Both the position numbers and the translations under genes were made by a program. A model generated the notes under the pieces. The model was given only the letters and a program-made list of their open reading frames with translations, had not been told where the DNA came from and made no database searches. 64,000 nt of DNA from Candidatus Cloacimonadota bacterium (GTDB lineage: Bacteria; Cloacimonadota; Cloacimonadia; JGIOTU-2): contig JBNGBT010000005.1 of NCBI GenBank assembly GCA_049903315.1, positions 160,001-224,000 on the forward strand. The letters run 5' to 3'. Below are positions 45,185 to 54,170 of this stretch, in pieces. The first letter of the stretch is position 1. The number at the start of each line of letters is the position of its first letter.

Positions 45185-45409
45185 CTAATGATCATTCTTA
45201 CAGATGCCTATTTTATGCTCAAAATCTTTCTTAGATTCAGCACAATCAGCTTCAGAATAGTTAGCACCAACACTTGTTCCAGCTTTCACTAGCTGAGTAA
45301 TGAGAGGTAGTGTTATCGGATTCTGAGGAATTCTCTTTGCAAATTCGATGATATCTTCTCCGAATTTAGCTGTTCTCTCTAACAGATCATATCTCTTTTT
45401 ATCAGTCAT
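45185..45409 (-). pseudogene. Truncated four-helix-bundle (23S-rRNA-IVP/Avd-like) protein with heptamer-repeat flanks
   Basis: YDLLERT..F...QLVKAGTSVGANYSEA..AESKKDFEHKIGIC, then an early stop at 74 aa. Flanks carry ttagaaattagaaatttgtaatttgg-type repeats. Confidence 0.8.
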
Positions 45410-45460
45410 TTGTAATTTGGATTTTTATTAGAAATTAGAAATTTGTAATTTGGCATTGTT

Positions 45461-46354
45461 TTAGTATCCATATTTCTCTAAAAATTTAATCGCATCATAG
45501 AGAAATTCATTATAGGGAACAGGAATATTATGTTTTTTTGCCAGCCGTATGATCGCACCGGTAATGTAGTCCAGCTCTGTCCTTTTGCCCTTTTTCACAT
45601 CTTGATACATGGAAGAGTAATTCTTATATTGATGGAGTCGGTCTATAGTTTTGATGACCTTTTCTCTTTGAACAGGGTAGCCTTCTTTTTCTGCAACTGC
45701 AAGCACCTCATCTATCACTTTTACTACAAGAGTTCTTATTTCCGGTTTTGAGAGCATTCTTGAGCGGATCTGCAGCAGTGTGGTAAGAGGATTCACAAAC
45801 GCGTTGATCGAAAGTTTGAGCCATTCTTCCTGTTTGATATCATCAGAAATACTCGTGTCGAAGGTGCTTTTAGAAAATATTGCATACACTTTTTCTGCAG
45901 ATTTTGAATTCTCGAGCACAACTTTTCCCCATGAAGTGCGCACCTCGCCGGGACGTATGATCTCTGCGCCAATACCTGTCACTGCGCGGATGATCTCATT
46001 GGGAAGGATGTCCGTTACTTCCTCTTTTATACCGATACCATTTTGTATGAGCATGAAAACAGTGTCGTTTTTCACAATATTTTTGAGGTCTTCGAATACG
46101 GTTTTGACATCATATGCTTTCGTAGTAACGATCACAAGGGAATTCGCGGGAATCTTTTTTAATTCCCTTGTAGTGAGGACCTTACTCATAACTGTCTGGA
46201 AGCCGGACAAGAGAATTCCATTTTTTTGTATGACTTTAAAGTGATCTTTGTGGTGATGTTCCTTTTTCCCGACAAGCGTGACATCATACTCGCGTGAGAT
46301 CACAGCTGCCAGGTAGGTGCCGATTGCACCGGCTCCGATTATAATGATATTCAT
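45461..46354 (-). CDS. panE: 2-dehydropantoate 2-reductase
   Basis: GAGAIG, TTKAYD, IQNGIG, WLKLSINAFVNPLT, SSMYQD, TELDYITG. Confidence 0.93.
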   Translation of the reverse strand: MNIIIIGAGAIGTYLAAVISREYDVTLVGKKEHHHKDHFKVIQKNGILLSGFQTVMSKVLTTRELKKIPANSLVIVTTKAYDVKTVFEDLKNIVKNDTVFMLIQNGIGIKEEVTDILPNEIIRAVTGIGAEIIRPGEVRTSWGKVVLENSKSAEKVYAIFSKSTFDTSISDDIKQEEWLKLSINAFVNPLTTLLQIRSRMLSKPEIRTLVVKVIDEVLAVAEKEGYPVQREKVIKTIDRLHQYKNYSSMYQDVKKGKRTELDYITGAIIRLAKKHNIPVPYNEFLYDAIKFLEKYGY

Positions 46355-47109
46355 GATAGCTCCCTCAAGCGCTGCAAAATGAACTGCAACGCTGATTTCA
46401 GATTTTGCTGATTATCAAAATTATCGCAGATTTTCTGTAATTTTTCAGTAGAATAATTCTTCATTCCTTTGATCTTTTCAGTCATAAGCGGAACTGTGCG
46501 CACAATATTATCCACAATTGTTATCTGCGCTTTCTGTGCAGTGCGGGAGAGGGGATTGAGGTCAACAGTGATGACTTTCTTACCTGATGCCACCAGCGCT
46601 TCGGTACGGTCTCCGTCTTCAAGCGGCACGAATACAACATCCGCAATAAAAATACCTTTCTTTGAAACGATCCTGCGTTTACTTTGCAGTTCTTCGATCT
46701 GAACAGTCTCATCGTCTCCCACTCCAAGGATTTCATGAGCGCCATGCTCCTTCATGTGTTTTAAAAGTTCGTTCTCGCGTTCTTTTGTTCTGTAAAAAAG
46801 ATTTATTTCAAGCGGTGTGTTTGCAGCTTTACCCAACTCGACGATCTCGTCAGGACAGAGCGAAGCTACATTTCCATTGAGAGAAAGTACCGGATGTTTT
46901 GCAAGGAGAAGCATTGCACAGGCAGCTTCAGTAGCTCGTTCCGCAAAGGATTGGGTTTTTTCTCCAATAAGATAATCAAAGCACTCACCTCTGCCGTGAG
47001 CGATCAGACCGGCTTTTGCAACGAGCCCTTTATCAAAGCCATCAATGAGTTTTTCACGAATGTGCAGGGACTGTGCTCTGGGATGGGAATCGGGTACTTC
47101 AATTAACAT
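46351..47109 (-). CDS. Archaeal-type 4-phosphopantoate--beta-alanine ligase (phosphopantothenate synthetase, PPS)
   Basis: SHPRAQSL..RE, GLIAHGRGECFDYLIGE, SLNGN, EINLFYRT, VPLEDGDR, DLNPLSRTA, VDNIVR. Confidence 0.92.
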   Translation of the reverse strand: MLIEVPDSHPRAQSLHIREKLIDGFDKGLVAKAGLIAHGRGECFDYLIGEKTQSFAERATEAACAMLLLAKHPVLSLNGNVASLCPDEIVELGKAANTPLEINLFYRTKERENELLKHMKEHGAHEILGVGDDETVQIEELQSKRRIVSKKGIFIADVVFVPLEDGDRTEALVASGKKVITVDLNPLSRTAQKAQITIVDNIVRTVPLMTEKIKGMKNYSTEKLQKICDNFDNQQNLKSALQFILQRLRELS

Positions 47110-48001
47110 GGGGACCTCCTGTGCTGATGTCCGAAATATAGACCTTGCCGTATTCCTGAAGAATATTTCTCAATTCGTGGGCTTTTTTTGTCGGCTGAAT
47201 ACTGAAAACACTTTCGCCAAACAAAGGCATACTGCAGAGAAATCCATTTCGTTCCATTTTTTTTATAATGTCTGAGACTTGTCCGGTTGCGACTTCGATC
47301 TTCTTCACAAACCACTGTGAGAGTTCAAGAAAGCGTTCTACTGAGGGATCTTTGAGCAAAGTATCTACGCAGTTTTTTCCGAATGTATGCACCTTATCCA
47401 TCAAATTTTTATCAGAGAGGGCTTCCTTCGTTTGATAGGGACCGAAGTATAAGACAATCACTTTATAATCTTCATCGAGCGGAATGGTTTCCACTTTTCC
47501 GATGCCTGGACCACCAAATGCAACCCTAATCTCCAATCCGCCAGCAATCTCTGCCATGACTGTGCCCAATCCGCCTTTGTTTTCTACATCAGCTATATGA
47601 GCAAGCTGAAAGCACTTTTCGTCAGAAATGTCTATATTGAAAATTTTTCTTAGAGCAAGTGCCAAACTTAATGCACCGCTTCCGCTTGTTCCAAATCCCG
47701 CATTGAGAGGCATTTCCATTGTATGTTGAATGTTAATTATGTAGTTGTCTTTTATGTATTTATCAAAAAATTTATCCAAAAGCCAGTGTGTCAGTTCTGC
47801 ATCCGATCTTTCGCCATTAATGAAAACAGAAACTTCATTTTGAGATGAAGGATGCGCTTCGACTTGTGTGGTTGTTCCCCGCATCAAGTTCACGCCAGCG
47901 CCAAGAGAGCTGCTCTGCATCGGATCACTATCTATTTTTGAATAGAAAAATCCCGTAATATGATTCGGAGCCCATGCAGAAGCGGTTTTTGTATTATGCA
48001 T
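47099..48001 (-). CDS. Archaeal-type pantoate kinase (PoK, GHMP kinase family)
   Basis: APNHITGFF, LGAG, GHMP loop PLNAGFGTSGSGALS, AHIADVENKGGLG, GGLEIR...GGPG. Overlaps the PPS gene. Confidence 0.88.
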   Translation of the reverse strand: MHNTKTASAWAPNHITGFFYSKIDSDPMQSSSLGAGVNLMRGTTTQVEAHPSSQNEVSVFINGERSDAELTHWLLDKFFDKYIKDNYIINIQHTMEMPLNAGFGTSGSGALSLALALRKIFNIDISDEKCFQLAHIADVENKGGLGTVMAEIAGGLEIRVAFGGPGIGKVETIPLDEDYKVIVLYFGPYQTKEALSDKNLMDKVHTFGKNCVDTLLKDPSVERFLELSQWFVKKIEVATGQVSDIIKKMERNGFLCSMPLFGESVFSIQPTKKAHELRNILQEYGKVYISDISTGGPHVN

Positions 48002-48398
48002 CAGAATTTTCTTTTGTTTCTTTTACAAAATTTGAAGTAATATTTTTCAATTCTGTGAGTTTGTTCTTCAGGCGTTTCAATGCTCTTTTGCTTTCATAAC
48101 TTTCCATGTCGATCTGCACATTTTCCTTAGTAGAAATATCCTCGACATTTCTCAGCGCTTTTTTCGCTCCCTTGATCTTGAATTTCTTTTCGTAGAGCAG
48201 GTATTGGATCTTTTTCAGAAGTTCGATATCCTTTTGTGTGTAGCGTCTGTTCGAGCCTTCCTTGCGTTTTGGATTGAGCTGCGGGAATTGAGTTTCCCAG
48301 AACCTGAGCACATGGGGTTTGACATCCAGAATATTACATACCTCGCTCATTGTGTAGTAATATTTTGTTTTTTGTAGAGTGATGCTTTTAATGGTCAT
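47994..48398 (-). CDS. MerR-family HTH regulator
   Basis: YYTMSEV...VKPHVLRFWETQFPQLNP...RRYTQKDI...LLYEKKFKIKGAK. Confidence 0.9.
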   Translation of the reverse strand: MTIKSITLQKTKYYYTMSEVCNILDVKPHVLRFWETQFPQLNPKRKEGSNRRYTQKDIELLKKIQYLLYEKKFKIKGAKKALRNVEDISTKENVQIDMESYESKRALKRLKNKLTELKNITSNFVKETKENSDA

Positions 48399-49888
48399 TT
48401 TGCTCTTTTCATTACAAATAATGGTAAAATTATCGAAATTATTATGATCACAAAGCTGAACCAGAAACAGAGTGGTGCGAAGAGGTAGCCGATATTCACA
48501 AAAAAAGTTTTTCTATCTGATTCCTTCACGGTCAGTGTACTTGTGATATTTATTTTTTCATAGACATCCGTTTTGATAACAGTTTTTCCTTTGGGATTTA
48601 CAATGTAGGAGATGCCTGTATTTGCTGCGCGGATAAGAGGAAGTCTGGTCTCTACTGCACGGATCATTGTGTTATTTGCATGTTCATGGGGGAGCACAGT
48701 CTGTTTGAACCATGCATCGTTCGTGATGACCACAAGGACTTCCGCACCGATCTTGGCATATTTACGAGAAAGTTCAGGAAACACACCCTCAAAGCAGATC
48801 AAGAGAGAAAAATTCAGATTATCGATCTTGTATAGAGGATACTCTGTTCCAAACTCAAAATTCGCCTGTCCGAACTGTAATTTCTCAAGAATAGGAAAGG
48901 TGCTGAGGAGAGGGATCCTCTCACCAAAAGGCACAAGCCGTATTTTATTATATTTCTCGTGAAAAACACCAGCAGTGTCTATCATGGTGGCACTGTTGTA
49001 AAATTTATATTTTGGATGATTTTTTACCATTTCAACTGCATAATCAGGGAAACCAGTGAGTACAGATATCTTGTTATCCAATGCATAATTTTGAAGACGC
49101 TTCCTGTATTTGGGCTCATGCAGAATATAGGTGGGAATTGCAGATTCAGGCAGGATCACGACATCTACATCATTTACCTGCGCCAGGATACGCACCTGGT
49201 TTTCATATTCATCGATCGTAGGAATGAGATTCTCTGGTTTCCACTTGTCTTCCTGCATAACATTAAGCTGTACGATCCCGATCTTCAGATCAGAACTTTT
49301 TAGTTGTATTGTCTTATCGCGATAAATTCCGTAGCCAAACCAGAGCACAAAAATTATGAGAATAACAAGTAAATTCCTGGATTTGCCAGAAAGCACTTTA
49401 TAAAGCAGGACATTGATAAACAAAACAAGAAGAGATAATCCGTAAATACCGAGGAGATCGGCAGCTTGTATGAGAAGATAGTATTTTGAAAGAGAATATC
49501 CCACATTCAACCAGGGGAAGTTCAGAGAACCCAGCGTCATTACATATTCGAAGCCGACCAATATAATCGGGAACACCCACAAAAATATCTTAGGGAAGCT
49601 TTCATGCACTTTACGCAGGAAAACAGAGAGTATGGCAAAATACAAAGGAAGTGCAATGATGAGTCCGATGAAGGCGATCAACTTCACATTAAACACACCA
49701 TATAATGTGATCAGTGTGACGAAAAGTCCAAAGAGAAATCCAAAAAGAAATGCTTGTTTCGGAGTTGATTTGATGATAAAATAGAGGTAGGGTATAAATG
49801 CAAAAAAACAGAGGAATCCCACTCCAATATCAATGAAGGAAAGTCCAAATAACAGACCAGCCAAAAGAACAAGAATTAAATTTTTCAT
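48395..49888 (-). CDS. lnt: Apolipoprotein N-acyltransferase
   Basis: Multiple TM helices, nitrilase triad LPES / KIRLVPFGE / ICFE, TNDAWF, RAANTGIS. Confidence 0.95.
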   Translation of the reverse strand: MKNLILVLLAGLLFGLSFIDIGVGFLCFFAFIPYLYFIIKSTPKQAFLFGFLFGLFVTLITLYGVFNVKLIAFIGLIIALPLYFAILSVFLRKVHESFPKIFLWVFPIILVGFEYVMTLGSLNFPWLNVGYSLSKYYLLIQAADLLGIYGLSLLVLFINVLLYKVLSGKSRNLLVILIIFVLWFGYGIYRDKTIQLKSSDLKIGIVQLNVMQEDKWKPENLIPTIDEYENQVRILAQVNDVDVVILPESAIPTYILHEPKYRKRLQNYALDNKISVLTGFPDYAVEMVKNHPKYKFYNSATMIDTAGVFHEKYNKIRLVPFGERIPLLSTFPILEKLQFGQANFEFGTEYPLYKIDNLNFSLLICFEGVFPELSRKYAKIGAEVLVVITNDAWFKQTVLPHEHANNTMIRAVETRLPLIRAANTGISYIVNPKGKTVIKTDVYEKINITSTLTVKESDRKTFFVNIGYLFAPLCFWFSFVIIIISIILPLFVMKRAK

Positions 49889-49980
49889 ACGCTCTTTTTA
49901 TAAGATAAAATATTTTTTACAATTCGTGTTGTGCAATAGAATATTTGTAAAGTAATTCTTAAGAAAAAAAGTTTATATGG

Positions 49981-50904
49981 CTAATTAGCAATCAGTTGGA
50001 GCACATGAAGCTTATTGCCTTCGAGTACGCCGATCGATGAACCAAAAGCGATGATTGCGGTCGGCTTGATGATGTTTGCTGCATCAGAAACCTTCCCTAT
50101 AGGGCGAGGTTCAAAGGACATTCTCCGCGCAACATAGATAGTGGTTTTATCATCCAAATAATAATAAAAGTTTTTGGTCGAAGTGATATCGACAAGGGTG
50201 TTGGGAGGAATGATCTCATGAAGTAATCCGCCGAAACTATCAAAACAAAAGATAGTATTTTCACCGAGATCAGCAATATAGTTCACTTCGAGTGCAGTGC
50301 AGATCTTGTGTGGATGATCGAGATAGAATTTCCCGAATTTGAAGCGTATATCGTTCTTTTTGGTAAAGCAAAAAACCTGGTTTGCAAAGCTGTCGTAAAT
50401 CAGGAGTTCGCCTGTATCCTGAACTGCAATAAGTTCTGGTTCGGTCATTTCCATTGGAGTAAACGAATTCACATATTGCCCGAAATCATCAAACTGAACG
50501 ACCACATTCGCGACATCATCGACCACGAAGACATTTCCAAAACTATCTACAGCAAAATCTGATATATGCACGAATTGGCCTTTATCAAATCCAAACTCCC
50601 CGATACGCTGAAGGATTTTACCCTTTTCGTCAATGCGGTAGAGCACATTTTTAAGTTTATCCAGCGCGATGAAGGAGTTCGTGTAGTTGCAGTAGCGAAT
50701 TTTTCTCGCTTGAACAGGAAGAAGAATCTGTGATTTATGTACAAATCCACCGGGAAGGGGTTTTGTGTCGGAAATCGTCATGCTTGAGCAGGAAATAATG
50801 CCAAAGATCAGTAACAAGATAAATGTTTTTTGTATATAAAGATTTAAAAAAGCATTATTCTTAATCTTAACCAGTTTATGTTTTTGAGTTATTATATTAT
50901 GCAT
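49981..50904 (-). CDS. NHL-repeat beta-propeller protein, probable lipoprotein
   Basis: Lipobox-like IISC after a hydrophobic stretch. NHL-like GEFGFDKGQF...AVDSFGNVFVVD. Start uncertain. Confidence 0.7.
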   Translation of the reverse strand: MHNIITQKHKLVKIKNNAFLNLYIQKTFILLLIFGIISCSSMTISDTKPLPGGFVHKSQILLPVQARKIRYCNYTNSFIALDKLKNVLYRIDEKGKILQRIGEFGFDKGQFVHISDFAVDSFGNVFVVDDVANVVVQFDDFGQYVNSFTPMEMTEPELIAVQDTGELLIYDSFANQVFCFTKKNDIRFKFGKFYLDHPHKICTALEVNYIADLGENTIFCFDSFGGLLHEIIPPNTLVDITSTKNFYYYLDDKTTIYVARRMSFEPRPIGKVSDAANIIKPTAIIAFGSSIGVLEGNKLHVLQLIAN

Positions 50905-50927
50905 CTTACGATTTTATTTACTGTTCA

Positions 50928-50988
50928 TTTCTCTGAGTTCTCTGCTTGCCTGGGCGAAGTGCCACGAAGACCGGTGTGCTCTGTGGTT
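50928..50988 (-). repeat. Nested short repeat, third copy, inverted orientation
   Basis: Reverse complement reads aaccacagagcaca[ccggtcttcgtggcacttcgcccaggcaag]cagagaactcagagaaa. Confidence 0.65.
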
Positions 50989-51020
50989 TCATATTCACTG
51001 ATTTCATTTATTAAGACGTA

Positions 51021-52733
51021 TTATTGTGATGGACGAATGTCCTTTAATTTGCCCTGTATTTTTGAAATATTCTGCCAGTTATTTTCCTCGAGAGAGTATG
51101 CAATATCAATGCGGGAACCCTTTTTCAGGAAGGGTACGAGATCGCCCATATTGAATCCGATGAGATCGAGTGTTTTTTCATTCTGCAGCGCTTTTATTTT
51201 GAGATGATTCATGCCGACGGTGTAGGGATAGCCTACGACCATCACATTCGAGCTCATAAAGATGGGATTCATATTTTTCGGTCCGAAAGGTGCGAACATT
51301 TTGAGCCATTTTATAAGTTCATCATCTATTTGCTGGAGATTAAGTTCGTCAACCACGCTTACTTGCGGCTGTATTTCCTGTTCAGAAAGAATTTCTCTAG
51401 CATATTCATTGAGTTTCTCATCGAGTATATCAATATATTCGGGCAGGATTGTGAGTCCGGCAGCGTATTTATGACCACCAAAACTGATGAGGTAATCCTC
51501 GAAATGGGTAAGACATTCAAAGATATTGAAATTATGAATACTCCGCCCGGAGCCGCTTCCTTCACCTTCTGAGAGAGTTATCAGGATGGTTGGCCGGTTA
51601 TATTTTTCCACAATTTTTGAAGCGACAATGCCGATAACACCCGGATGCCAGTCTTCTGCAGCAAGAGTAATGAAATAGGTGTTATTCATGTCCGGATATT
51701 TTGATTCTATCATATCACAGGCAGTTTTGAATGTATCCTGATCGATCTTCTGGCGTTTGAAATTCTCTGAATCAATAGAGAGTGCGAGGTTCTTTGCAGT
51801 TTCGGGGGTTGTGGCAGTCATGAGTTCCACAGCTCTGTCCGCACTTCCCATTCTGCCTGCTGCATTGATACGCGGGGCAAGTTTGAATACGATATCACTG
51901 GACTTGAGCACCACTTTTTTCAAACCGGATAGATTGAGCAGGTAATTGATGCCCATATTTTTTCTTTTCTCAAGGCGGTCTATACCAAGCCGTGCAATGA
52001 TCCGGTTCTCGCCTGTGAGAGGAACTATGTCTGCAATCGTGCCCAATCCTGCAAGGTCGCAATATCCTTCAACTGCTTCATGACCATCTCTCCCTGCTTT
52101 GATAAATATCGCAGTGAGTACTTTGAGTGCGATGCCTGCACCGGAAAGCTCGGAATAGGGATAGGTTGAATCCTTCAATTTTGGGTCGATTATCGCGTAT
52201 GCTTCCGGTATCACTTCTTTTGGAGTATGATGGTCCGTCACGATCACATCAATGCCATAAGTATTCAAATCAGCGATTTCATCCACTGCATTAATGCCGC
52301 AGTCCACAGTAATAATGATCTGTGCCTGCATGGATTCTATTGCTTTGTTGCCTGTAAGAGATAGCCCGTAACCCTCGATCATTCTATTCGGTATGTAGAA
52401 ATCCACATTTGCACCGAGTTCACGCAGACCCATCAGGAGGATCGATGTCGCGGTGGTGCCATCCACGTCATAATCCCCATAAATGATTATCTTTTCTTTG
52501 TTCTCGACTGCGCGGATAATGCGTTCTACTGCTTTATCCATATCTTTGAAAAGAAATGGATTATGCAGATCTTGACTGGAGGGGCTAAAAAATATCTCAG
52601 CTTTTTCCGGGGTGTCTATTCCATGCAGGGCAAGTAATTTCGCAATAACTGGAGGGCAGCTAAGCTTTGTTGAAAGCTCATCCAGCACCTGTTGATCAAC
52701 GAAGATTTCCTCTTTGATCCATTTTTTTCTCAT
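51021..52733 (-). CDS. recJ: ssDNA exonuclease RecJ
   Basis: YGDYDVDG, ITVDCG, TDHH, GTIADIVPL, PRINAAGR, GSGR, GGHKYAAG. Start at 52733 because the upstream extension overlaps rnpB. Confidence 0.97.
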   Translation of the reverse strand: MRKKWIKEEIFVDQQVLDELSTKLSCPPVIAKLLALHGIDTPEKAEIFFSPSSQDLHNPFLFKDMDKAVERIIRAVENKEKIIIYGDYDVDGTTATSILLMGLRELGANVDFYIPNRMIEGYGLSLTGNKAIESMQAQIIITVDCGINAVDEIADLNTYGIDVIVTDHHTPKEVIPEAYAIIDPKLKDSTYPYSELSGAGIALKVLTAIFIKAGRDGHEAVEGYCDLAGLGTIADIVPLTGENRIIARLGIDRLEKRKNMGINYLLNLSGLKKVVLKSSDIVFKLAPRINAAGRMGSADRAVELMTATTPETAKNLALSIDSENFKRQKIDQDTFKTACDMIESKYPDMNNTYFITLAAEDWHPGVIGIVASKIVEKYNRPTILITLSEGEGSGSGRSIHNFNIFECLTHFEDYLISFGGHKYAAGLTILPEYIDILDEKLNEYAREILSEQEIQPQVSVVDELNLQQIDDELIKWLKMFAPFGPKNMNPIFMSSNVMVVGYPYTVGMNHLKIKALQNEKTLDLIGFNMGDLVPFLKKGSRIDIAYSLEENNWQNISKIQGKLKDIRPSQ

Positions 52734-52756
52734 CGATTCTCCAAACCAAATATGCA

Positions 52757-53166
52757 GAAGATAATAATAAGCCGAATTCTGTTTCCCGAAGTACAAGTTC
52801 GGGACGACGATCATTTATCTATCTCAGACTTCACAGCACTTTTCTGAAGAAAAGCTCACAGTCCTTTCTGTGACTGAGTTCGGCGGTCTACCCGAGAGTA
52901 TGACGAATGGAGCATTTCGTATCCGTCCACTGACGGATTCCTCTTCTATTTGACCTTGCACCAATAAGGTTTTCCAAGCTGCCAATGTCACCACCGGCAC
53001 TGGTGGTCTCTTTCACCACCTTTTCACCCTTACCCCGACAAGTCGGGACGGTTTATTTTCTGTGGCACTCTCTTTCCATCACTGGAACTACGTGTTACGT
53101 AGTATTGTGCTCCTGGTGTTCGGACTTTCCTTCTCCCAAAAGGGAGGCGATCGTCTAATTATCTTC
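52757..53166 (-). ncRNA. rnpB: RNase P RNA, class A
   Basis: Minus strand has GAAGGAAAGUCCG (P4 5'), AGUGCCACAGAAAA, GGUAAGGGUGAAAAGGUGGUG..AAGAG, AGAUAAAUGAUCG and AAACAGAAUUCGGCUUA (P4 3'). P1 pairs gaagataat with attatcttc. Confidence 0.96.
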
Positions 53167-53170
53167 AGCA

Positions 53171-53875
53171 CTATTTAGGTGCAATTAATATTCTTGAACA
53201 ATTTTCGCATGTTATGATCTTGTCATTATTAGAAACTTCAACCATAATCTGCGGGCGGACACGAAAATGACAGCCGGTGCACGTGCCTTTGCTTAAGGTC
53301 ACTACTGCTTTTCCCTGTCCATGCTTGATAAGTCGCTGATACCTGCGGAAGAGAAGGTCGGGGATTTCTTTTGATAATTTTAATTTTTCAGCTTCCAGTG
53401 CATCGACCTTTTTTTGAAGTTCAGCAACCTGCTTATCGATCTTTGCTTTTTCCACTTCAAAGATCTTTTGATCCTTTTGAAAAAGTTCTTCAAATTTCTT
53501 TTTTTCTTCTCTGAGAACAGACTCTTCTTCCATGAATTCAATAAGCTGTTCTTCGATGTCTGCATTTTTTTCTTTTCGATGAGTGATCTCTGCGTTAAGG
53601 GCTTTGTATTCCTTGTTCGTTTTGACAGAAAGCAACTGATTCTCGTACTTATTAATATCCTGATTATTGGATGTGATGTCAAGCTCCAGTTTTTTCTGCT
53701 GCATAAGGTTTTGCTCGAGCCGCTGCGTGATATTCTTCACAGACTCCTGTTCGGAACTGTATTTTTCTTCCAGCTCTTGCACGACCTTTGGCAAACGCTT
53801 GATCTCTTTCGTATTTCGCAGGATCTTATCATCAAGCTCCTGCAGATTTTGTAAAATCTTGATCTCTTTAAGCAT
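53171..53875 (-). CDS. Coiled-coil protein with C4-type zinc ribbon (DUF164 family)
   Basis: LQNLQELD, long coiled coil, NKEYKAL..EI, CTGCH...CENCSRIL. Sits immediately upstream of rnpB. Confidence 0.9.
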   Translation of the reverse strand: MLKEIKILQNLQELDDKILRNTKEIKRLPKVVQELEEKYSSEQESVKNITQRLEQNLMQQKKLELDITSNNQDINKYENQLLSVKTNKEYKALNAEITHRKEKNADIEEQLIEFMEEESVLREEKKKFEELFQKDQKIFEVEKAKIDKQVAELQKKVDALEAEKLKLSKEIPDLLFRRYQRLIKHGQGKAVVTLSKGTCTGCHFRVRPQIMVEVSNNDKIITCENCSRILIAPK

Positions 53876-53912
53876 GTCTGACTCCAAAAGAATTGTGAAA
53901 ATATATGATAAC

Positions 53913-53945
53913 AAAAAAGGCACTTATGTTTTCCATAAATGCCTT
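53913..53945 (-). terminator. Intrinsic terminator-like hairpin in the DUF164 leader
   Basis: Minus strand aaggcatttatg-gaaaa-cataagtgcctt followed by a U-run. Confidence 0.7.
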
Positions 53946-54114
53946 GTAATATATGTTTTGTGGTGCTATTGTTTTACACAATCTTGTAAAGCCCATTTTC
54001 GTTGGACTCTCATGTTTTTTTCCCGCTGCACATATAATATATTTTTCCATAAACGTAGGAGTAAGAATGCTGGCTTGTGTAAATTATTGTCAAATTTTTA
54101 AGGATTCATAGGCA

Positions 54115-54170
54115 ATCCTCTCCCTTTTATTCCCTCTTCCCGACTTGTCGGGGAGAGGGCTAGGGTGAGG
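54115..54170. repeat. ccctctccc/gggagaggg-type palindromic repeat with inner cccgacttgtcggg hairpin
   Basis: ccctcttcccgacttgtcggggagagggctagggtgagg. Related fragments at about 34765-34837. Confidence 0.7.

Noticed and set aside
45185..45409. Avd-like gene as a sign of a diversity-generating retroelement
   Set aside because: No reverse transcriptase and no template/variable repeat pair were seen in the window, and the ORF is truncated.
52734..52814. N-terminal extension of RecJ given by the ORF track
   Set aside because: It overlaps the 3' end of rnpB. The ATG at 52733 with an upstream ggag is the better start.
53868..54050. 60-aa minus-strand ORF upstream of DUF164
   Set aside because: No recognisable motif or RBS, and it runs through a terminator hairpin. 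Treated as non-coding leader, although a leader peptide is not excluded.
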